A DNA stretch of 64,000 bases from Massalongia carnosa (Eukaryota), in assembly GCA_965645245.1 (NCBI GenBank), contig OZ287068.1:1240001-1304000 (forward strand), written 5' to 3'. This document shows positions 25,200 through 35,726 of this stretch, piece after piece. The notes beneath the pieces were generated by a model that worked only from the letters and a program-made list of their open reading frames with translations, searched no databases and was not told the origin of the DNA. The position numbers were made by a program, and so were the translations under genes. Each line of letters begins with the position of its first letter. The first letter of the stretch is position 1.

Positions 25200-27110
25200 A
25201 GGAGCATCCGAGCCATCTTTTTTATCTTTCCGTTACACGTAGAAGGAACGCTCCACCCCCTTTTCTATCCAGCCTCCTCTGTCAGAACCCGTCCCCTTCG
25301 CCATCGTTTTAAATTAAACCCTAACCAACCGCTCTACTTCACCTTCGCCCTTACCACTACCACCAAAAAACAGCATGTTTCTACACCCCCTCATTATTAT
25401 TCTCCTCATCACCACTACCACCACATTCCCCCTCCCAATCTCCACCTCGCACATCATTAAGACATCCCCATTATCGTTATTCCCATTCCTACCCCCTCGC
25501 CCTCAAAACCAATCGGCCCTCTTCCCTCAACACCAACATCAACAACAACAACAACAAAAAGTCCAACAACCCCTCTGCAACCGCCCCTGGCGCCACCACG
25601 GCTCCCACCTCTTCTTTCGCCTCGCCCGCTTGCATACCTGCTGTCCCACACCATTGGTGGGGGGTATCTCAGTGTCGGGCGTGGTGCCTAGGGGGCTGGA
25701 TTGAGAGAGCTATTGTTGGGGGGTTTACCAGTAGTCAGCATGTCAGCCTGAGCGGTGCGAAGTGACTTTCCGAGCTAAATCTTACTTTTATTCTCTCCCT
25801 CTCTCTTTCTAGCCCTACCCACTAGCCAGCATAAATCCTGCCGGGTTTTGCCGCACCGCCCCCCGCTCCCCTTCGCCCCCCCAATCGCAAACCACCAAAT
25901 CGAGAAAGACCACAAAGAAACAGAAAAAGCCAGAAAACGACACTCCCAACTCATCCCTCCTATTTTGTCTTTTTCCCCCCCTCCAAACAACACCCCTCCC
26001 AACCCCCTTCCGCACGCATGCTTCATCATCCCGGCGAAACCGTCCCTTTTCTCTCTTCCTTCCGGCCTGGGGTGGCTTGCTCTTCGCTCTTGGTTTCCTT
26101 TAGCCAATCTCGGTCAGTCAGCATGAGCACGAAACAACGGGAAGGGAGGGGTTTGGATTGGAGCTCTCCAGCCTTCCTGGCTTCTTTTCACGGCTGTCGG
26201 GGTTACGGGGTTTTGGCAACAGGCGCGGGGAGGTGATGGGGAAGGGGGAATTGTGATGGGAAGGAGGGGGGTGGTGGCTTTGCTAGATCATTGGTTCTTT
26301 GTTGTGCTAGGGAGATTTTGGAGAAGAAGGGGGGGGAAGGGGAGAGAAAAGTGGGCTGGCTACTAGGAGTGTGTTATGTTTTCTTATTCTTCCTTTTCTT
26401 CTTGTTCTTGAAAGTACAGAGTCAATGGATGAATGAATGAACGTTGAGAGGAAAGTGCTAGATTTGAAGGAGAAACTTTGTTAGGGAAGATAGGGTGAAT
26501 TGAAACTACATCAGAATAGGCGTGCAAAAGGAGACATCGACAGAACCAAAGAAATCTTTTCCATTTTCTTTCTTCTTTCTCTCTTCCTCTCATTTCTCGG
26601 TCTTTTCTTTTGGTTCTTGTTTTTGTAGTAACTCGGGCAGGGCAAAATATAGTGCCGGGACCGAATAGGAAGCAGGTCATGGGTAGCCGACGAAGGCCGG
26701 AGGTGGAAGGGAGATGATGTTAGACAAGGAGTTGAACAAGGAGGAGAGGAAAAGGGCATGAACAGGTGATCTTATATCAATAATATCTTTCAAACTCGAT
26801 TACTCTTGTAGAGTATTTTAAAAAAAAACCCCCCCCGGTCATGAATATCCTCCAGCTATGAATGTATGAATCGCCAAACGGAGATCGAATCTGAAGAGAA
26901 TCCAATTCTTAGCTATTATTACTATGATTGAACGAAGGGAAAGGGATGCCATTTGGCGGGGATTGGAGGGGTTTTAAATTGGAATTATGTGGTTTTCTGT
27001 TTAGAGGAGAGGAGGAGTGTAAAGCGAGTGCTGTAGGGGTTGGAGGGTTGTGGAAGTGTGAAAGGCGGGGATATATACTCATCTGGGAATATCGTTGGTT
27101 TTTTTGGATG
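25200..27110 (+). ncRNA. candidate telomerase RNA (TER); ends approximate
   Basis: AACCCTAACC at 25317-25326; nested helices pairing 25226-25307 with 26924-27064; pseudoknot-like core at 25752-25859 with 26350-26362; three-way junction at 26757-26843; GU7GG at 27098-27107; no credible protein ORF. Found by eye only. Confidence 0.6.
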
Positions 27111-28307
27111 CAACGGCTACTGTACGTTCAAGCCCGAAATGCAAGATCATGACGACGAGATATTGCGTACCTAGGCAATCATTCCATACTTCCTAAACAT
27201 AGTATTGCTTGAGAAATCTCCCAGAAAAGCAATCGATGAACTGCTAACCGGGAACCCAATAGTCAAGAACTCGTACAAGTTCAAAACAGAGACATTCGCG
27301 CAGCGCATCATCTCACAGCTTCTACACCCAAGCACCAGGGGAGATCATCCTATCGGCGTAACCAAAGACTACTCGTCCAGAGCCTGATTCTGAATCGTAG
27401 CAAAATCGGGGTTCCGGCTGCTGAGTTGGGAAGGGGCCATGGGTTGATATTCGGGTTTGGCATGCAACTAGTTATGATGTCGCTCAGAGCACGCCGCTTT
27501 GGTTAGGTGAAGCTGGGGAAACTCAAGGTTGGAGTTTACGTTCGTCTACTCTTGACGTGGAGCGAGAGGGACGGATCGGTGACGTTGATGTTTTGCAAGG
27601 CTGAGGAAATGCAAAGTGGTAGCTCGGCGACAGTACTGATTTGATATTAATCTATTCGCTAATGAAAATGTGCCTATGGTACTCTCTGGTTATGATCTTT
27701 CTACGCCACCTTCCACAATCTCTTTTAGTCATCTCTCCTAATAACTATGATACTAAGGGGAGAGGGTTGTTTTTAAAAAAGGCTAAAATAAAACATTTTT
27801 TAAAAGATAGAAATAACGGTAGGGCAGTAAGCAAAAAACAGAAATGGAAGAAAAAAAAATCACAGAGAAAAGACGAAGGACGGAGGACGACAACAAGAGG
27901 ATGCAGAAAAGTAGACATATTTTAGAGCATGAAAGATGATGGCGCGATGAGAGTGCGATAGAAGATATAGGAATCAAAATGACCATTTGGTGGATACGGG
28001 CGTTGATTACCGATTTGGTGAACCAGGTGAGCATTCAAGGTGGACTACAAAAGGGATGATTATTGAGGTGCTTGAGGATTATAGGTATTACAACTTATAT
28101 ACAACTCTAGATGTGACAGTTTACCCGAGTAACTGATGCTAGGAAACAATGGTTGACTGTTACGCTAGTTCAATGTTGCCATCGTGTAGAATAAAAAAAT
28201 TAGTAGAGAATTAATGGCGATATTAACACAGAGGTTGATGGGGTTATCAACAAGGTTTGAAGAGACAACAAGAGAATTTATGGACAAGGGTTTGGGATTG
28301 GAAGAGA

Positions 28308-30235
28308 TCAGTAATGTCGCCCTCCTCTCATTTGGCGGTTGCGGTATCGATCGGTTCCCTTCTCGTCGGTTTGATCCGGTGGCGTGAACATCGCCCTAAT
28401 GTTGCAATCAGTACACATGTTAAAACATCCCTCCGCTGTAATTGAAAACTCACCCATGAACATTAGTCGACGGTTCCGTGATGCTCCCATTCAAATTCAG
28501 CGGTTGTTTGATGTTCCCTGCGGCATTTCCTGCAGTCTTCTGCCCGTACTTCCTGCACGTTTCAAGATGATCGTGCGGGATATACGTTCCCTGTAGCTCT
28601 TCAGGAGCCTCAACCATAGTCACGGATAGACCGGCTTCAATATGCCACTCGATATGACAATGGAAGAGCCAAACGCCGGGGTTGTCGGCGCGGAAACGTA
28701 GAACGAGGTGCGAGTTGACGTTAGCCATGATGGTATCTCTGCGTACAGGCGTGCTGGAAAGATTGCCATAGCCTTTAAAAGGGCCTGTGTTGGGGTCGGA
28801 GCGTTGGATGACTTGGAAATCATGGCCATGCAAATGCCACGGATGGAGGTTGGCTTGATTGTTGTTGAGGACTATCTCTACAACTTCGTCTTTCTTTAAG
28901 ATAAAAGGATTACTGTTTACGCCGTAGACGAGCGGGTTGGAGGCGTAATCCCGGCCAACGGTTAAGGCGGTGTAGAGAGAGGGGACTTTTTGAGGGATGT
29001 AAGTCACGCCGTTGATTGCGGCCCTAGGTTGTGGTTTAGATTAGGGTCTCGATGAGGTGGGAATAAGCTATACCTATGAATCCCGCTGATATTGGTGAAG
29101 CCAGTTTCCAAGTGAATATGATGATCGACGTGGTCAAGGAGAGGTGCTCGATCATGAGGAATCAAAGACATATCGTCGAAGAAATCAAATCCATGGATTT
29201 CTACAGGGGGTGGCAAAGGTTTCTTATCATCGTACACGAGATATGCTGTGGCATTAGGATTGTACCCGGGAGGTGGAGTAAACATGTTGATATCCTCTGT
29301 AACAAAAATGGCGAAATTCTTCTCTGCCGTAGGCTTGGCTGTAATGAGAAACGCCCATCTTTGCCCAGTCGCAATTCGGAGATTCTTGTCACCCATATAT
29401 GCCTCCTCCGTATACACTCCGTCAACCTCGACCACTGTGAACGGATGCCCATCGAACAAGGCAGCAATGCCCACAAAAGCTCCCATATGTACCATACGAA
29501 CAAGGTACGTTTTACCGGGCTCCATTGGGAATTTTATATTCTGCTGGTCATTGACAAGAGCGCCAGCAGGGATAGGCTCCAACCCGTCCGTCTGCTCTTC
29601 ATTCTTTCTGGACTGGTAAGAGTTAAGAAGGACTGGTATTTGCTCATGGTACCAATCCGAAAAAGTAATGATGAACTCCGCATCCACTTTGCCCGCATAA
29701 GGAGCTGCAGGATCGTGAACAATAAGAGGGCCTCGCAGACCATCTGGCATTTGGCCCATATTGTGCTTTTGTATCGAATCAGTGAAAACGCTCTCCCTTT
29801 ACGGGAAGGAATGGTTTATACCGCATGATACCAATAAGTGCCTGGTTCCTCCACCTGTATAGCGGTCAGCATTTATGTGGTGCTAACAAAAGGCGCAGAC
29901 TGTACTATAAAATCGTATGTAAAACGACTTCCAGGAGGAATGGGACACTGAGAAGCGCCAGTGGCTCCATCCATGGTGCTGTGCTTATACTGGCGGAGGC
30001 CATGCCAATGGAGGCTTGTCGACTGGTTGCCAAGAGCGTTGTTGACATTCACAACTAGCCGGTCACCAAGATCCACCTCGATCACTGGACAAGGCCATTT
30101 GCCGTTGACACCAATTACTGGTCTGGAAAACCCATCTGGGCTTGCGTTCACCCACGTGATGTCCCAGTCGTAGGTGACTGTCTTTGAAAGCGCCAGCTGG
30201 CCGCAGCTCAGTATGAGAGAAAGAAATAATAACAT
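28308..30235 (-). CDS. secreted Fet3-like multicopper oxidase (AA1), multi-exon, no C-terminal TM helix
   Basis: Signal peptide; copper motifs HWHG, WYH, HPWHLHGH and HCHIEWH..GL; Fet3-type DGLRGP, EPIP and NAAGN. The spliced last exon is hydrophilic. Confidence 0.92.
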
Positions 30236-33200
30236 TGCAATGTTGTATGATGAGCACGATTGAGAAAATAAATCTGCAAGGTTGGATTGTAGTTATACAA
30301 ATATCCAGAAATTCTTTAACGCCAATCTGAACGCAAGCTAACAAGATCCATCTTGATGGCTGACGTCGAGATCTATGGTATTGTCCTATCGACAAAAAGC
30401 GAATGCGACGCTTGCGAAAGACTTCTATCAACTAGTAGACTTTTGGGGTGTTCTGTTTTAACAATCGCCGAGAGATACATGAAGCGATAGCCAAAATGGC
30501 ATTCAACCATGGCAGTGGTAGGTCGGTTGATCAATCGATGATCAAAGCTTAAACGCACAACAGGGATATCGCTGACCGAGAGCATCAATCGTCTGCTAAG
30601 GTTCTACTCTGGGAAAGATCGTACGATGGTCTCGTCTGAGAAGTCATGCCTACCTATCGCCGTCCCAGACGGGACTGATGAAGGGGTCAAATTCTAGGAA
30701 ATAGTCCACTCCTCGCAGGGCTACTCCAAGTCTTCTTAGGAGCCATTTTGCTGGACCACAAAGCGCAACATACGTGTGCTAGATGCACCGCGTACTTCCT
30801 CACTAACCATGCAGTGTATATAAGCAGCGACTGCTTTGCGACCGAAAGGTGCATACTCTAACCTCTAGGCGGAATTCCTTCGGGCAATAGATTCTGCAGG
30901 CAATCATCATCTGCTTTGCCGGAAGATGGGATCGGAACATCCATACGAAGATTATAAACGATGCCAGGTCCTTGAAGAGATGTTAGCACACGTCTTGATG
31001 GCGTGTCCACAGAGTCCTCAGTGGCTTTCTTTCTCGAGCTCGCTTGCCACCAACGCTAGCCAAGCACACGTGATCACTGATCAATGAATCCTGGTTGCCT
31101 CAAGAACCTATTCTACCACTCGGGTAGCGTACCTACTCACGTCCTTCTCTGCACTCGGTAATCCACACGCCCGCTCATTCATTCACTTACAAGGCAAGTA
31201 TAGGCTATTCTTATCCTCGATACTTTGTACCTTTGACTTTCCTTCTTTCACTCTTTACCTTCCGTCTTCCATGGACATACTCTGTACAATGACTGTCTAC
31301 CTTAGGAAAGCGGCCTCCAAGTAAACATCGGTATGAGAAATTGATTCCGCAACACGCTCATTCTGCTTTTTTCAATCATGAAGGTCACCACCGTTTCTGG
31401 GACAATTCGCAAACCCTCCTACTCTTCCTAGATTCATGGCCGATCTACAGAGTATAATTGTTCACGCTAAGCCTTTTATAAAAACAAGCTCTGTTCTGGG
31501 ATCTCGTCGAGGTGGAGGAGAACCATACCATCCAATCGAACAAACGACTAGTGGATGTTGTTAACGCGAATAAAGTCCTCCTCATGGAATCCGCACAGAC
31601 TGGTTCATCTTTTAATACTAGTTACGCATGCGAACCCGAGCTGGAAATCTCAGGCTTTTTAATGCCTTCCCCGGGGCTCAAACTCGGCAGGGGGCATATT
31701 AGGTATCCACGAAGCAGCCAATGACGTTGACTATTTTCTCTTCCAATCTTGGTCAACGCTTTTGAGATCCGTAATCAATTATAGAGTGGACCTTGAAGAC
31801 CGTACCTACGGCTTGCTGCTTGAAGATTGTCAGAATTTTTATTATTATTAATTCATTAAGCGTATGCATCCTAAGGATATGACGCTGTGACTGCTGTTTA
31901 TGTACATAAAAAACAGTCAGGAAGTGGAAACCTGGCCCCCAGGGTAAAACCACTCCCTTATTCCATATTGAACGCAACGAAATCGTTCTTCTACCACGCG
32001 GTGCATACACCCAGATCTTTAAGCGCTAGGAATCCTGTAGACTCGATGAACTAGACAGTGTATCTCCACACGTTCGACGAACGTTCTCTCTCTTTAACTG
32101 TTTTGACTCAATGAAGGAAAGACTGGCTGTGATCAAGGCAGATCGTGGTGTTGTATAAATGAAGGTGTGGAAGTGTGGCTATTCTGAGTGAATGGGCTTT
32201 TTCGATGTGGTGGAAGGCTTCCGCCTGAGGGGTGTGGCCATTCCGAATGAATGGGCTTTGTATGTCTTCGAAGTGGTGAATGATCAGTAGAGACGTTGAT
32301 CATGCAAACAGCCACCAAGGTGGGCTTCCGCGTTGGCGACGATCAGATATTAGCCATCTCCGAGGAGGTGTTGATAGCCTGCACCACGCAGAGGCTTCTG
32401 AACTAGCAAGCCAGATTGTCAGAATGCCTGATGGATAGATTCATTCTCCATCTTAGGGAGAACGAGATGAAATGTAGAGATCGTCAATATGCTTTTCAAG
32501 GGCAGGTACCATATATCACATGAGAGATGAATGTCCTTTCTAGATGTTTGAACAAAACTTATATGCCCACGTGCAACGATTAATACTAGTTTAATGATAG
32601 ATCATTTGTACCAGCGAAGCCATCTCCTAGAACTCGAATCAAGCAAAGCTGATTAATTGATTAATTATTTAATGTGGATCAGAGCCAGTGACTGCTACAT
32701 ACTTATCTCTCTCTCGGTTAAGTCACGTGCCTTGGCGTGAGCCCAGGCAATCTCGAAAGAGAAGTTCTCTTGCCCCTGAGTCAATTTGTCTCACCGAAGG
32801 GCATCGCGTTTGATAGCTAACGAGAGAATATTCAGGCAGCAAATAACGTTAGTTGTACTCTGGTTCACGGGCGTGTCTGCGTGCTGAGCTCCCGAAGCCT
32901 TCTTTTGGAACCCTTGTCCCTGTGTATGATCCTTATACTGGTTATGTCCCCCTTGAATCCACCTGCAGGCCTTGCCTAGCAGGCCTGTCCAAGCCATACG
33001 GTTGATGGCGCGTTTGGCTAGCGCAGGCTCGCTCAGTATGAACCAAGCGAAGCATGGCGTCTGACATCATCTAACGCCACGACGCTTGCCGGCTTGTTGG
33101 GTCGATGTCCCAGCAGCTAGCTAGCTCGAACGCCTTATGAGGATTGTGGCAGCAAGGCGGGTGTCAATCTAGAGTCAGGGGGCTAGACGAAGCAGATCTA

Positions 33201-33343
33201 GGAGATGGGCGGCGATTGCTTGATATATATGATACTTATCTGAGATTTCTGGTTCATTCGGAATGTATTCAACATCAGTTCTCAGCTATCGCATTCTAAA
33301 TCTTTTTGTCGCATTGCTCACCGCCAAGCAATAGACATTCATT

Positions 33344-34771
33344 ATGAGTTCGGGGGCACAGCACTCCGTGGACCTGAAGCATGACTGGGGAATGATACAG
33401 TTGGTTGTTTCAGTGGTTTTCGGGACTTTGGCAGTGGTAGCCGTTATCCTGCAGTTATTATCCAGGCGGCTTTCGGGGGTGCACCTGGGGATGTCGGATT
33501 ATACTATTATCCTGGCGCTGGTATATTAACTTCCCGCTGCCGATTGAAGGTGATGCATGCTAATGTTCATTAGGTCTCCGCCATGTGCGGCACTTCGGCC
33601 ATAATGGCAAGTTAGTCGCAGAAATGTCTCTAATACGCTCTTTGCTGACTCAAAAAAGGTGTCATCGGCGGTGGGGTTATACAGCACCAGGATCAGTTAT
33701 CCAAAGCACACCTGGTTGCATATTGGAAAGTGCGTATGGATAACACGATCATATGTTGACTTTGCGAATTGCCCGAATTGCTAACTCATTTGCAAGGCTA
33801 CATTTGTACTGGTCACAACATGGCCTGTAACGCAAACCGCCATTAAGATTTCCATTCTACTATTCTATAATCAGCTATTTGTTATCAAACCTTTCCACAT
33901 TGCCGCGAACACCACCATGGTCGTGGTATGCTTGTGGTGCCTGGAGCTAAGTCGTTGCTAACTTCCTAATATGCAAACCAGTTAGCTTCAACTGGAACTT
34001 CGAACAAAAAGGCAGTTGCGCAAACACCCAGAGTAGCTGCATTGCCGGAGCGGCTATTAATGTTTTTACTGATCTCGTTATCTTAATGCTTCCAATGCCG
34101 GTCATATGGGGCTCAACATTTCCACTAAAAATAAACTGAGTCTGTCCTTTATTTTTGGATTCGGATCACTGTATGACACTCCTCAGCCCCTGGCTCCTAC
34201 ACGGCTTCTTATTGACAGTTTATCCTCGGACAGAATTTGCATAATCAGTCTGTTCCGCCTCAAAGCCATAATAGATTGGTCCATGCAAGATGGCCCCTAT
34301 ACAAACCGTATGGTAGCGATCTGGACCTGTCTGGAGTCTACCCTTGGAATAATTTGCGCCTGTATAGTCGTGATGCGCCCACTTTTTAGAAGGATCTTTC
34401 CCGACCGCTTGAAAATTAGCAAGGTTACCAAGAAACCCAATACTGATCCTTCGAAGTTGTCCAGGAGCAAGCCAACGCTAATGTTCGGCTGGGTACGTTC
34501 CAATGGTCACTCGCAGGGTCTAAGTGGTAATAGAGCGGACTCGTCGAACGAGTTGCAGCCCGGGAGGTTTCAGCGCCTGGATGAAGATATGTACCCACTC
34601 CAGCCTGGACTTGGCTCGAATAATGCTACAACTGCGAAGGTGAATGTCACGCCTGCCGGTAAGATCGAGTCGGCGGTTCCCGACATTGAGGCTCAACATC
34701 CGAAACGAGATTTTTCTCGGGGAGCCATTATGGTGAAGCAGGAATGGGAGATCAACTCTGTGAGGGCATAA
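33344..34771 (+). pseudogene. second PTH11-like membrane protein, frameshifted
   Basis: Motifs SDYTIILAL, AIKISILLFY, CKPVSFNW, TDLVILMLPMP and WTCLESTLGIICAC. One frame break near 33950 (in-frame TAA 33959-33961) and a second at the G-run 34108-34111. Confidence 0.7.
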
Positions 34772-35726
34772 TTTGTCAACGATGTTATCCCTCTTGGCAC
34801 AATAAACCCGCTATCTGACTGTTTGTTTATTCTTGTTAGATGCTTTTTAGGGATGGTAATTTGAGATTAATGAAGAGTATTGTCCACGCAAGCAGCCCCT
34901 CAGCAAAAAGATAATCAAGACACTCGAAAACTTCGCAAAAGCTAAAAGCGCCCTGATAACTCCAACACGCAAAAAAGTCGGTCTCGTCGACTCTCTTCAT
35001 AAACGCCGCGTCTCAGGCGTCCTCTCGTCGGCCTGTTTCTGCGGCCGATACAGACAGACTCTCGAGCATGTAATCATGTAATGTAAACCGATCAGCGACA
35101 GAAAATTGATGCTTCGCTTTACGAACACGAACAACTATCGTCTAATCATCTAATCATCGAAGAAAATCAAAGCACTTACTGTCTGCCTTATCGCTGATCG
35201 TTCAATTATTGTATCAACAATAAGATCTCTTTCCTTTTGTCGCTGATCTCATCATTTCGCTGTTTTGACACGCGCTGACCGCTCGCAAGGGCATCGCTGA
35301 AGCTCAGCGAAATTTATAAAATTCCCCCCTACTTGAAAGATTCTTCATGTAACATAGAGTTGGTCCGCATGGGGCCGGCCTTTGGCTGGTTTCCCATCGG
35401 AGTAAGAAATTCATCATCGTTATCGTCAAGATTTGTGCTTATGACCTTACGAAGAAACAACGCCGACTCCTTGGTCTTCGAGGCCCCTTGGAAATGTAAA
35501 ACCAATTGATCATGCATCGATCGGGGAGACACTCTTTGTACACAAGAACTTCTCAAAGTAAAGCGCAGGACAACCCTAATTAACCCAAAGGCAAAAGGGC
35601 ACAAACCCTAAACCCTAAATCCGAGGGTCAACCCTTAAAGCCGTGATGTGATATCCACCATTTTTACGTACTAGTACCTGTATAGCGTGAGAGCCAGTTC
35701 CCACTCCATCATCCTTCACAACAGCC

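Noticed and set aside
25375..25704. 109-aa ORF with a signal-peptide-like start and poly-Q (possible secreted peptide or pheromone precursor)
   Set aside because: Low-complexity translation of C/A-rich sequence, no KR-flanked repeats, and it overlaps long RNA helices better explained by the ncRNA model.
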